The position numbers and the translations under genes were made by a program. A DNA stretch of 63,634 bases, filler included, from Folioceros fuciformis (taxonomy: Eukaryota), in NCBI GenBank assembly GCA_049999805.1. It is 9 parts of 9 records of this genome, joined end to end, with 100 filler letters (N's around TTAATTAATTAA, not from the genome) between each part and the next. Parts side by side here need not be neighbours in the genome. Positions count along the whole stretch, not along the records: positions 1 to 26,476 come from JBNGIO010006467.1; 8 more parts are not named here. One strand, given 5' to 3'. Positions 12,201 through 22,953 of this stretch are shown here, in pieces; positions within the stretch are counted from its first letter, which is position 1; each line of letters starts with the position of its first letter. A model generated the notes under the pieces. The model was not told the origin of the DNA and made no database searches. It saw nothing but the letters and a program-made list of their open reading frames with translations.

Positions 12201-13887
12201 AGCGAGCCCTGTCCCTGCCACCTCAGACATTGGAGTAGCTGCAGCTGGCTCTGTTCCTTCCATCTCAGATCTCGGAGAAGTTGCAGCAGGCCCTGTCCCT
12301 GCCACCTCAGATATTGGAGTAGCCGCAGCTAGCTCTGTGCCCTCGACACCGGAGACTGGAGTGAGTGCAGCAGTTTATGCTCATGCCATGGAGCCCCAGG
12401 TATGGTTGGACCCCAACTTTCATCCTGAAATCGAACCAGTGACAGCGGACATTCGAGATATCAGAGTTGCAGCAGGTTCTCTGCATTCTAGGGAAGTCCA
12501 GATATTGTCAGACCCGAGCTTAGATCCTCAAATCCCATCAGTGACAACGGAAGGAGCTCCAGCAGGGTTTGTACATTCTATGGAAGGCCAGGTAGCGTTA
12601 GACCCCAGCGAAGATCCTCAGATCGTACCAGTGACAACGGGCATTCAAGACATCAAAGCTGCAGCAGGTTCTCTGGAAGCCCAGGTATCATTAGATATCA
12701 ACGCAAATTCTCCCGTCTTGCCAGCTGCGGCGGCCATTCAAGATTGCAGAACTGTAGCAGGTGCTGTTCCTTCTATTGCGTCGAAGGTTTTACTACACGC
12801 CGACGCAGGTCCTGTGTCTGTACTCGTAACAGCAGAGATGCAAGACAGCGGAGGTGGAGCAGTTTCTGTTTCTGACAGCGAGGCTGGTCGTCTGTCAGAC
12901 TCCAGCAAAGGTCCTCAATTAGCATCGCTGCCTGTAACAGTGGACATTCCAGGAAATGGAAATCCAGTAGGTGCTGTTCTGTCTAATACGGGGCCCGCGT
13001 CTGCTCTAATTTCTGAGCGACTATTTTTGTCAACAGAGGGCAGTCCAGAAGGTGCATGGTTGAATCTGGAAACCGTGCAAACCATCATTAGCGACCATGA
13101 TGCGATTTTGACAGGTGAGGTTCTGTTCAGGGAATCGGAGCCTCCTAATGCCTCCCTTCCATCAGCACCCGAGTACAAATCAAGCGATACCCGACATGGT
13201 GCAATTGAGGTCCCACACGTTGCAGATGCAGAAATGCACTTGGAAAGCAGGGGTAGGGAATTGGAGCCCCCTGATAACTCCCTTCCATCAGCACCCGAGT
13301 ACACATCAAGCGAGACCCTACATGGTGCAAGTGAGGTCCCACATGTTGCAGATGCAGAAATGCACCTGGAAAGCAGGGGTAGGGAACTGGAGCCTCCAAA
13401 TACTTCCCTTCTTCCATCAGCACCCGAGTACACATTAAGCCAGACTGCATCAATCGTAGATGCAGGGATTGCACCTGATGCGCCTCAAATCGTTGATAGT
13501 GGTCAAGATTTGGGAGATACAGGTGCAATTGCAGCTCCCTGTGAGCTCCCGGCTGTGGACGGTGAGGTCATATCAATCTCAGCCCTTCAGGAACTCGCAG
13601 GATATTACACAGAAATGGAGAGCACGGATGCTGAGGATGCCGGGAAGAACACTGGAGCTCACCCCTCTAGTGAGCTGTGTCCAAAGACAGTAATGCACCA
13701 ACCAGGACCTCTTGATCCATATTCGGTCTGCAGTGACATTATCCCTTATCGGCCGGTCAGGATAGAATGTTCCATTCCTTGCCCACCCGCACCCAAGCTG
13801 AGTTTGAGAAGTCTGAAAAGAAAGGCAAGGCGCCTCATAACTGACGACAGTTCTCGATCAGCGAAGATGCTTGTTCTTCGGCAGTAG
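9241..13887 (+). CDS. intronless ~1550-aa protein of unknown function: long coiled coil plus acidic Ser/Ala/Val/Pro tandem repeats
   Basis: Uninterrupted 4.6-kb ORF (first ATG 9241). E/K/L/Q-rich heptad region ~9760-11370, 14-aa and 42-aa repeats, basic C-terminal RSLKRKARR. Confidence 0.8.
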   Translation: MSSMRRGVGHKASGAAVSVCGEGDAVAADVEVSASHSDSCRQAASAGGDGEVVSVAPPFCHAEVSDEPPGPAPPAAASTRHSGDLRFSATPSNLVPRSVGAAMHADAGAGAGGVSAAQGADGKFSLKRRRDDANHAERDCLGAALFQQQGLQQGARKESISAKLVTSSNAGGGMEDYYKKKLQALQKKFQVELKVKDRMHDMTEASLQGVSSQLESLQSVHADAVEELASLSRHHRDLQAQLDSPAAVEEQQDRLVARLQAVVEEQEQARGCAERKCQQLICELQGKDRELSMKLKEVLAGKSFKWKDMVAKEKKKQKKAITALESELQKSKALAIGANSKLKAAQQKLEETGQALDVARAGLKAGAKAEKQVKALKLSHEKERASLKAAKEELLLLRKQMQAYEKSQDERAADLKKEHDQELAGLQKLHSDECNSLREELQSSRRMHEVTLASFLHTKEGEFLNLRQESGQRVALLVKEHEKGTAELQAAHRVEVEAMMGRLKKAEDKLLETLTLLADRTLADDETQSKVKMYETQLGVLGREMQEAQNLQKRSDEHVAALQKRIVTLEKDIERLEAVLDQRDEILRNHDRVGVLWQAAIEEAQNAIAEVRESAAKTGPSVHMLHIRLSSLQRENEELKSQLEFSGPLKEVLASVTKQKEDLEAALESAVTKWKTLEWTVRRHEEALASTEEKLLSLENENEDLKARMSQETLSGHEPKDDSPDPEASPASVTEDTSMEVPDSEDEDEEYFVEVNYDSHATLESPGGAQSISVAGRDVADIKLVGEGFDPSISDVGGVSAGSVCSVLEIEVDALGSVPSTSDSGAVAAGSVPSSADLGAVAAGFVTSTSDIGVVATSSVPYASDLGSAAAWSFPSTSDIVSVAVVSVLSTLDAGVVAAGSSPSTTDIGAVVANSVAAGSVPSSPDIGVAAACSVPSSSDIGLVAAGSVPSISHLGEVAASTVPSTSDIGVAAAGSVPSISHLGEVAASPVPATSDIGVAAAGSVPSISDLGEVAAGPVPATSDIGVAAASSVPSTPETGVSAAVYAHAMEPQVWLDPNFHPEIEPVTADIRDIRVAAGSLHSREVQILSDPSLDPQIPSVTTEGAPAGFVHSMEGQVALDPSEDPQIVPVTTGIQDIKAAAGSLEAQVSLDINANSPVLPAAAAIQDCRTVAGAVPSIASKVLLHADAGPVSVLVTAEMQDSGGGAVSVSDSEAGRLSDSSKGPQLASLPVTVDIPGNGNPVGAVLSNTGPASALISERLFLSTEGSPEGAWLNLETVQTIISDHDAILTGEVLFRESEPPNASLPSAPEYKSSDTRHGAIEVPHVADAEMHLESRGRELEPPDNSLPSAPEYTSSETLHGASEVPHVADAEMHLESRGRELEPPNTSLLPSAPEYTLSQTASIVDAGIAPDAPQIVDSGQDLGDTGAIAAPCELPAVDGEVISISALQELAGYYTEMESTDAEDAGKNTGAHPSSELCPKTVMHQPGPLDPYSVCSDIIPYRPVRIECSIPCPPAPKLSLRSLKRKARRLITDDSSRSAKMLVLRQ
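11620..12360 (+). repeat. coding minisatellite, 42-bp (14-aa, VAAGSVPSTSDIG-like) unit, ~17 copies
   Basis: Visible in DNA and translation. Later copies alternate as an 84-bp dimer. Confidence 0.9.
13138..13435 (+). repeat. coding repeat, 126-bp (42-aa) unit, ~2.3 copies
   Basis: EPP...LPSAPEY...HVADAEMHLESRGREL starts at 13138, 13264 and 13390. Confidence 0.92.
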
Positions 13888-13889
13888 TC

Positions 13890-15432
13890 CTTATCCTCTA
13901 TGCGAAAGTAACGGGACACTTTCAGTTCGGCTTAGGAAAAACGGCGTGCGACCACAAGTCGGGCGTATTCGGGTGACGAACCATTTTTGTCCTAGTGCAC
14001 ATGACATTCAGGGCGAGTCGGCTGTTCATCAGAGATGATAATCTGTGAGCACCGCAAGAGACGGAACCTTTCCTGCACATCGTCAGACAGGTCTGAAGCG
14101 TTTCATGTCCCTCATTTGTTTCGCTTGTGTGATGCTGTGCGTGACTGACACCGAAGGCTGTTTGTAGGTGGAAGGAGTCGATCCTGATCATGATGAGGAG
14201 AAACAGGGCCAGTGATCCCGGAGAATGGTTCAGCAGAGCGGTTTCTGTAGATGCAGGTGAAGGTACATTTGGCAGTGCCGCGTTTGCTTCGCAGTTTTGG
14301 GTTTTGGGTTTAGGGTTTTGAGATGTAGACTGCATGCATCTCTTGTCAGTGGACCTGTGACATCCAGTTCAATCCGGGCCGGCATTCCACTTCTTGATTG
14401 TCAGGCACGTATACACTATAATACAGGCTCTCAGGTCCTGCGTCTGGTTTGAACGTTAGACTGGAAACTTGCAGGCCAGTTGCTGAGGTGGATGCTTCCA
14501 GCCCCTGCTGGTTTATGGCGCTGTACTCTTCATCTTTGATGCCTGAGCAGTTGCGATCACTTGTTCCAACGGTCCAGCAACTGAGCAAGTCTCAGAACAG
14601 CTTCATTGATTCTTGACAGCTTCATCGATTCTTGCGGAAGATATAAACACCATGCTGCATTTATTTCTCGCAGGCGCAGCCTCACTGTCCAATTACAGCT
14701 GTGCGTTAAGTGAGTAGTCCGCAAGTCACGTGACAGAGTGTGTCTGTTACCAGGACCGACGGACACTTGTCGTAATTTTATGCTTTGCACTCTACAGCGC
14801 GGGGGCCGGAGTGCCGGTTTCCTGATGTTGGTGGGATGTTGCTTGTGGATCCGGGTCCACTGCCGCGTGCAGGACCAGCCGCAAGATACCGCCACATCGG
14901 GGTGCCAACGACTGTGGATGCAGTCACATGCAGGCAGGCAGCCATGCAACTGCTTGCAAGTGGCTTGGACTTTCTCTCAACTCTTGGAGGATCGGAGAAG
15001 GCTCGTGATATCCGCTTCCCGAATCCCACTTCTGCTCCAGCCTTGAGGTGGGTGTCCAGGATGACGGCTGCCGACCTGCTCGCAATGCCCAATAGGTGAG
15101 GTGACACACTTACATCTGTGGTTCCGCACAAGCATATGGAGCTCCGCAGCTGCCATTTCTCGTGATAACAGGTCGGTCGGCAGGTCCGGGTACGGGCGGC
15201 TCGGCTTCAGCTGTCGATGCACTGGAATTTGACCTGCAGAAACTGGAGTGACTTCTGAAGTACCTGATCCTGACATTATTAATGCATCTGACGCCCGAAC
15301 GATCGTGAGCTGCAGACCACAGTGGCACACAGATTGATGTAACCTGGGCCGTTCCGATGATGATGAGCGATTCACGGGGCAATTTACGGCTACGAAATTC
15401 AGTTTCGGCATCGTCGTAATGGGGCAGGGCAA
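13890..15432 (-). pseudogene. degenerate Cys/His-rich ORF, possibly a DNA-transposon protein
   Basis: Track ORFs 14977-15432 and 14557-14949 share a frame separated by one stop. Coding-like reading continues in another frame with several stops. Confidence 0.3.
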
Positions 15433-16169
15433 GTCACGGGCTTCGAGCTGGTCCTTGGTTCTTACTTTTTGGTGATTTTTATAGCCAAGAAATCGACCTC
15501 AACAGGCCAATGCATTCGCCCAGGATTCAGCGCCCGCGCCCATTATTTAGGGGTCAAGGTTAAATAGGATTCATAACGACAGTTGTTTACGAGGACCCAT
15601 GCTGGTGCCACACAAGCTGCTTTGGCTTTGTTGCGGGCGTGCGAGCCTATCCTTCAAACTTTCTACTAGATATCTTGTGAACTGACATCTAATTATTATG
15701 GTAGGATCATAACCTCATGCACCTAATCATTTGCTGCAGCTTATGGTATGTTAGAGAAATTAAAAACTAATTTTTCCCTTTTAGTATAATTAAAGTGGTA
15801 ATTAAGAATAAGGATTGATCCTCATTACTTAATGTGTTATAGTACGCAGACCATCAACCCATAGGTAGGCAAGATAAACACAAAATATGTACCTTTGTAT
15901 GAAAAAAAAAAATCTCTTTGTTTTGATATTCATCTTCTTACATCACCATGCACAATGGAGGGAACCTAGAGATAGAAGCACCATGTACAATACATATACA
16001 TACTACAGTGTCGTAGACTGCAACGGTGCTATCTGCCAGTTCACAACCTTTTCAAGCCCTAACATACTAGTTTTGGATGCCATCTATCTTCAGTATAGAA
16101 TTTCCATTTCGTTTCCAAGTTTGACGGTGATTGGCTGATAGAACATCTGATGGCCCATACTATTAGGCT

Positions 16170-17167
16170 CCAGAAACAAAGTAAAAACAAAAACAAACAA
16201 TCAAGCACGAAATAGATTCACCATGAAGAACAAGAACAAGATGAAGATGAAGATGAAGATTAAGATTAAGACTAAGACTAAGACTAAGATTAGGATTACG
16301 ATAAAAAAACAATGAAACCCTCAAAAGAAGGAGAGAAAGAATAGCTCAAAAAGAAAGAAAAACCAAAACCAAAAAAACTCTAAGAGGAAACACGATAAAA
16401 ATAATGGAAGAAGGAAAAAAGCTCTTAGGTCAAACATATTAGAAAGAGAAGAGACAATAAAGAACACTAAGAAAAAGAAGAAAACACACACAACGATAGA
16501 AAAAAGGGAACAATCCAAGAAACCAAACACACTAATGTGACACACAAAATCGATAAAACACATTAGGAAAGAAAAGAGAAACGCAACCAAAGGAGAGAGA
16601 GAATACATTCAACAAAAACAAAAAGTGGAGAGGAGAGTGGACCAAAGGGGAAGAGAGTAAAAGTGAGAACATACCTCAACATACTAGCTTAGCCAAGAGT
16701 GCTAAAGCTAATTTATAATGGTCATGGTCATGTACTTCATATGTCTTATCAATTAGGGTTTCAAATTCAAGTAGGACATTCATTTTTTTATTTTTTTTTC
16801 AAATACTTTGAAGTATTTTTTTTTAACCTTTCATATGATCTATATCTTCCATAGAGAGAGCGAGAAAAAGAAAAGAATAGGATTTTATAAGATATTTTTT
16901 TAGTTTTAAATTTGTATGGATCTGAATTTTAAAATGAAGTCCTCATCTGCACGACTTGCTATTACATGATGACGTTGCAGGTCGACGGCATCGATCTTGC
17001 CTTCCTACCGCAATGACCTTCATCGATGAAGTCTATATCATTTAATTTTCTTTTCTTTGCATTTACGGTTTCACTTCTGCTCTCTTTCCCTTTGGTCCCC
17101 TCTCCTCTCCACTTTTTGTTTTTGTTGAATGTATTCTCTCTCTCCTAATCTTAATCTTCATCTTCAG
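16170..17167. repeat. rearranged inverted copy of the 4246-6739 repeat family
   Basis: Reverse-complement matches as above, plus a local inverted repeat at ~16590-16660 / ~17080-17147. Confidence 0.75.
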
Positions 17168-17476
17168 ATTCGGGTGTGCTAGAACTCGAGGAGGCTGAAC
17201 AAGGCCACCAAGAAGGATCATTTCCCCTTACCATTCATTGACAACATCCTGGATTTGGTAGCTAGCCGCATGATGTACTCCTTTTTGGATGGCTACTCCG
17301 GTTACAATCAGCTGTCCCTAAGGGAGAGTGATTGGCCATTGATAGCCTTCACAACTGATTGGGGAACATTTGCCTACAAGAGGAGTGCATTTGGGCTGAC
17401 AGGAGCACCGGGGTCCTTTATGCGCAGCATGTACAAGATCTTCAAGGATTTCCTCCACAAGTTCCTGGAGGTGTTC
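17168..17476 (+). pseudogene. Ty3/gypsy reverse transcriptase fragment
   Basis: LNKATKKDHFPLPFIDNIL...YSFLDGYSGYNQ...FGLTGAPGSF...FLEVF, cut by the LTR at 17477. Confidence 0.92.
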
Positions 17477-18796
17477 TGTGGACTCCACATACTGAATAGG
17501 TCCTTGGAAAATGGTAGGATTTCTCTTTTTGGGAATCTCTAAGTGCCCCTGTGGTGAAAGGGTTAAAAGATTAGGTTAGATTAGTAGCTAGATTAATGGT
17601 GAGGCGAGACACATCTTTGAAGGGTTGCTGGAATGATCTGAGAGAAGGGATGGAATGATTTGAGAGAGGAGGGAGAGTGTTGAGAGGCACTGACCATTTT
17701 GGTAGTCTTGAGAGGTTGGTCAATTTTGGTAAGGGCACTCAGTGGTGTCCATGGCACACAACCCCTATTAGGTCAAAACTAGGTTTGGGTCAAAGTTAGG
17801 GTTAGGTCAAAATTAGGGGCGGCTTAGGTTAGAGAGAGATTGCTGGGTGGTTGACTGAGGCTAACCCTAATAGATAGAGATGGAGGTTTGGGCCAAGGTA
17901 GTATAAGAGACTAGACCTGCCATTGAGGAGGGGGCTATCTACGGTGCGATTTCCCTAGACCTTGGGTGCAGAACTCCTGGCTTAGGGCGCTGAGCTGGTT
18001 GAGACTAAACCAAGGTTCTGATTTCCCTTGCCACTAGGGGAACGTGGGGGATCCCAAGACTGCCAAGATTCGTGTGGCCGGATCCGCAATGGCTGACCAC
18101 CTTGCATGCTGGCTGAGGTGAGGTTGCAGGGCCGTGAGCCAAGGAGGCTACCGAGCCTTAGGCCTCGCCTCTGCCTTGAAGGTTGTAAGAGGGAAGGTTG
18201 TTGTGTTCCAAATTGCAGGAGAGAAGGGTTGAGTTGCAAATTTTGTAAGTGAAAGTGTTGAAGTGAGGAGTTGAGCTGAAGTGAGGGGCTGAAGGGTGAA
18301 GTGAAGTGCTGAAGTGCTAAAGTGAAGGACTGAAGTGCTGAAGTGAAGGACTGAAATGCTGGGGTGAAGTGCTGAAGTGGTGGAATGAAGTGTTGAAGCT
18401 GGAGTGAGGAGCTAGCTGAAGTTGAGGTTCTCGTTCAACTGCAGAGGTAGCTAGCACTAGGTGTTGAGAGTTGGAGGCTAGACTTGGGGCTAGAGCCTCC
18501 TCTTAGCACTGAAGTAATTGATACTTGGAGCTGGAAACGAGGGCTGAAGACAATGCTGGAGTTCTCATTTTGTTGAGGCTGGGGTTGGTGTTGTGGTAGG
18601 AGCCAAAGACAGGACAGAGAATTCTGATCTATTGCTGTAGCACTTGGTATATGCTGATAGATAGGGTGAGATTAGGGAGATGTAGGTAACCTTGACATTA
18701 GTTCACTCCCTTGGGAGCGAATCATAAGACTGCAACGATAATAAGGGGAAGTGTGGCCCCTTGGTGGTTCTTGGGTGTGCAAGAAATCACTCCACA
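17477..18796 (+). repeat. 5' LTR of the gypsy element (1320 bp)
   Basis: Inverted termini TGTGGA/TCCACA, PBS 3 nt downstream, internal TGAAGTG microrepeats at ~18250-18430. Confidence 0.85.
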
Positions 18797-18799
18797 TTT

Positions 18800-18817
18800 T
18801 GGTGCCGTTGCCGGGGA
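18800..18817 (+). promoter_or_regulatory. primer-binding site, tRNA-Asp
   Basis: TGGTGCCGTTGCCGGGGA. Confidence 0.9.
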
Positions 18818-18894
18818 GTGACATTGCTGTCAAGGTTGCGAGAGGACTGACCTGGATAGGGGACTGTACAAAGGGAATGTGGCAGGGTTGATGG

Positions 18895-21800
18895 ATGCCC
18901 TGCATAGGAGCTGAAGATTTCAACTCTAGCTTTGAAGGGGGAGCTCAAGCTCAAGTAAGGAGGCAGCAGCAAGTATTGGAGCGTGAGCAAAGAGTAGTGA
19001 AGAGGGAGCTAAGGAGGGCACAGCCACGGCATACACTAGAGAGGAGGAGGAGAGGGGCAAGCAACCAGCAGATCTTGGGGGAATCAATCACGTTGGAACA
19101 AGACCCTCAACTTTCAGCTATTGGGGGGAGGCCTAATCCAGGGCAACCTCATCCAAGTCTGCTCCTTGGTCTTCATCCTAGACTGATGCAGGTGATTAGG
19201 AGTGCAGGGGCTGAAGGATTCAGCAACATCAGCCCAACTCCAGTTGTTGGAGCTGCTGGATCCGCAACTGCAGTGGTGAGTGCAGGCACCATGGCGGCCC
19301 CAGCTGTTGCAATGTCCACCAAGCAGTTGTACCCCTTGTATGGGGAGAAGAAGGGGTATGAGGACCCGGATGAATTTGTGGAGAGGTTTGAGCAGCTGAC
19401 CCTTGCTAACCAAGAATCAGCGGATGCACAGCGCATCCAATTGTTCTATGGTGTACTGCGTGGAGGGCCTGCCAAGTGGTACAGGAGAGAGTACCTCAAG
19501 GTTGGCACATTTCCAGCAACTTTTGATGTGTTGAAGAGGGCCTTTTGTGAGCGGTTCAGGGGGATAGACGTAGAGGGCTATGTGCTGTCCAAGCTAGAGG
19601 CCTTGAGGAGGAGGAGGAAGGAGACCTTGCAGGCCTATGTGGAGAGGTTCCACAGCCTGCGGGATCGCTGTGGACCTCATTCAGACTTACAAGCCATTAC
19701 GTGGTTCACTGGAGGCTTAGGATCGAGGATGGGGGGCCATGTGAAATTGTTCGCAGAAAAAGATGTGGACGGGGCTATAAGAGCAGCCCTCAATTATGAG
19801 GAGTCTCATCCGTGGGGCAAAGGGAGATCCAAGAAGGAGAAGGAGAGAGTGAGGGAGAAGGACAAGAAGAAGAACATGCCTAGGAAGGGGAAGAAGAAGA
19901 GGGAGTCATCTTCCTCGGATGAAGATTCCTCCGAGGAGAGCGATTCTTCAGAAGAATCAGCAGCAGAGACCTCTTCATCTTCAGCAGGGGATAGCCTAGA
20001 GGAGGAGTCCTAGGAGGATGAGGCTGTCAAGAAAAGACTGAAGAAGAAGGAGAAAGAGGTGGCTAGGCGGAAGAAGGAAGCAAGGAAGGCAAAGGATCTA
20101 CCCAAGGCCAAGCAAGAGGTGGCTAGTGCCAAGAGGGAGGTGGAGCAGGTCAAGAAAGAGGTTGAGGCTGCAGCCAAGAAAGTGGAGCAGCAGGAGTCCA
20201 AGATGGAGGAGATGATGAGCAAGTTTGAGAAGTTTCACCTCCATGTTGTCAAGGAACATGAGAGAAGGAGGGCTGCAACTAGTGGCAGGGCTAACTTGTT
20301 TTGCTCCATTTGTGGTGAGCAAGGCCACACCAAGACCCATTGTCAAGGGGCGAAGGTGCATTTGCTGGCTTGTGAAGGGGAAGAAGAGGAGTGGTCGGTG
20401 GAGGACTCCTACCAAATTCAGGAGTTTTCCCAAGGGCAGCAATATTCCAAGACAGCCCATCCTTCCATTCTTCGAAATCCTATGGGCACGGGAGGTCGTA
20501 GCAACCAGGTGGGGAGAGTTGCTGGTCAAGCAGCAGGGGTTGTCCAATGCTATAATTGTCGAGGATTTGGACACTATGCCAACAGCTGTCCATCAGCAAC
20601 TAGGCAGGCCAATGAAGACTACGATAGGTTGTGCCAGGACTGCAAACAGCAGGGGCACGTGGCGGGCAGCGTGCTTTGTCAGAACCCTAGGAAGAGCGTG
20701 AGGATTGCTCAGCCAGCGGTGACAAGGGTGTTGCAAGCAGCACCTCAAGGGGCTGCAACGGCCATGCACGTGGAGGATGCCCTCATGGCTGTTTGGGAGG
20801 AGGCCGAGGCCAAGGTGCTTAAGGGGCTAGAAGGGCTGGACAACACTAAGGAGGGTTATTATGGGGAGGCTGCAGCCATGGCGGTATGTACTCGCAGTGG
20901 GAAGAGAAGGGGAAGGCAGCGGGGTGCCAAGAAGAAGGGGAAGGAAGTGGAATCTGCTGTAGGATTGGAGGAGGAGAAGGGCACCCCAAATGTGGAGGAA
21001 TCATGTCGGGAGAAGGGAGACCAGGAAGGGCAGACTCCCAAGGAGGAAAAATCAAGGGCTGGAGAGGGAGCAGCCCCAGCAAAGGGGGGAAACCTGGAAT
21101 TTCCTCCAGATGTGAGGGAAGAGGTACTAGACATGATCCAGGAGGAGCTAGATAGGGCAGCAAAGGAGTCAGCACCCGTGGCTGCAAGTCTGCCACCTAG
21201 GGAGGTGGCAGCGATGACCAAAGGCACCAATGGGGCTGTCTAGAAGCCATTTGATTTGGCTGGAGCCATCATGGACCAGCAATTTGCTGTTACCTTTGGT
21301 CAGCTCCTGAAGGATAACCCTAAATATCGACAGCAGGTTCGGAAGGCATTGCAGGAGGGCCAACCCAAGAGAAGGAAGAGGCTACCTAAATCAGGGCCAA
21401 GGTTGTCGGCTCCCATGGTCAACATGGTGTCCATGGTGGACCAAGGACCGGCTGAACTGCAGGTGGAAATTGCAAGTTGTGTGATTAAGAGGGTGCCGCT
21501 GGATACAGGTTCAGGGGTGAATATTATGACGGAGGATACCACCAAGAAACTCAGATTGGAGATCGAGCACACAACCAAGGTCTTGAGGTTGGCCGATATG
21601 TCCAGAATGCAGCCAGTGGGGGAGCTGAGACGGGTAGCCACGACCATAGGGACCATTCCCTACCTTCTCGATTTTGTGGTCATTCAACACAAGGCACCAG
21701 GCTACGACATTTTGCTGGGCAGGACTTGGCTGTATGGATCGAGGTGCAGGCTATCATGGGGAAGGAAGGAGGTGGCTTTCAAACCACCTGAATGGAACCC

Positions 21801-22465
21801 CAAGACAAAGGAGGGTAGGATTTGTTTGAGCTGGAGCCGGGATGTCTACCTCAGTGAGACCCCAACGGACACGGAGGGGTACACGTCTGTGGGGGACACA
21901 ACTGATTTGGAGGAGGGGGAAGGGGAAGATAAATTCCCTTTTTCCCACATATCATGGACAGATGAAGAGGAGGACTACCGAAGGTATATTCCTTATACCC
22001 TGAATTGGGTCGAGTGTTTTGGGATCACCTTAGATTGCAACATGGTAGGGGCTGAAGCAGCAAACGTGGAAGGACAGGCTGCTAGAGTTGTTGAAGGGAA
22101 GGGCTAGGAAAAAGCCTCCCATGCCAAGAGGGGTGTGAAGGAAGGTGAGATGAGGGAAGGGGGCTGTGACCCAAGGTCTGAAGGGCCTGCTGGTGAGGAT
22201 ACAGAGGTCACTAGATTCACCTCCGAAGACCTATTCAGGGAATGGGGAATGAGGGAGGAAGATCCCCGAGAGCCGGAAGAAGGGTTTGGAGTCAGCTCTG
22301 CACCCGTGTAGCGTGAATGGGTGCAGGCTGATGAAATTAAGGATGTAGAGGTGTTGCCGGGCAAGGTGCTGAAGTTTTCCAAACAGCTGGATGCCAAATT
22401 GGAAGGGGGAATGAAGCAACTCCTGGCTGAGTTTATCGATGTGTTTGCCTTTGAGGTGACAAACA
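18895..22465 (+). pseudogene. gypsy gag-protease polyprotein with in-frame TAG stops
   Basis: Track ORFs starting at 18895, 20059 and 21256 are one frame. Retrotrans_gag-like core, zinc knuckles, protease PLDTGSGVNIM. Confidence 0.9.
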
Positions 22466-22560
22466 TGATGAAATAAGTCTAGATTTAGGGCACTATTCAT
22501 TAGGGCCTCTTAACTTTAATTATCTACCTAGGGTTATTTAGGTAGTTATTAGCTATAGTG

Positions 22561-22640
22561 GTTATAACCACTTACGGTTACAACCACTTACGGTTACAAC
22601 CACTTACGGCTACAACTACTTATGGTTACAACCACTTATA
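22561..22640 (+). repeat. 5 x 16-bp tandem repeat (GTTACAACCACTTACG) in LTR U3
   Basis: Read directly. Lies upstream of TATATAAA at ~22666. Confidence 0.92.
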
Positions 22641-22953
22641 GTTGTAACCGCCCAACTACCTAGCCTATATAAAGGCTTGTACTTTACTTCTTATATACAT
22701 TCAATTACATTCTAAGATTTGCATATAAGAGCAAGGCTAGATTTTCATCATGGTATCAGAGCATCTTGCTCTTCATTATGCAAGTGCAGCTTTAAGCATT
22801 TAAGGAGCGCATCTAGGAGACATCTTTTCCAATCTAGCACCTCGCTAGATGGATTGTGTCTCTTTTATAATTGCTGCTCTCTTATGTTTTCTTCTCATGC
22901 AAATATCTCTTTTCCCATAATGTTCATATGCACTAATTCTTCGTCTCCTCTTT

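Larger units (their letters stand above)
17477..22465 (+). mobile_element. Ty3/gypsy non-chromovirus (Athila-like PBS) element, 5' part
   Basis: LTR 17477-18796 with TGTGGA...TCCACA termini, tRNA-Asp PBS, gag and protease. Interrupted by a copia LTR at 22466. Confidence 0.9.

Noticed and set aside
9400-13528. Numerous overlapping ORFs within the large ORF
   Set aside because: Shadow frames produced by codon bias and repeats
3630-17476. Gypsy fragments at 3630-4245 and 17168-17476 as two halves of one interrupted element
   Set aside because: The order is RH-INT then RT on the same strand, the reverse of gypsy domain order
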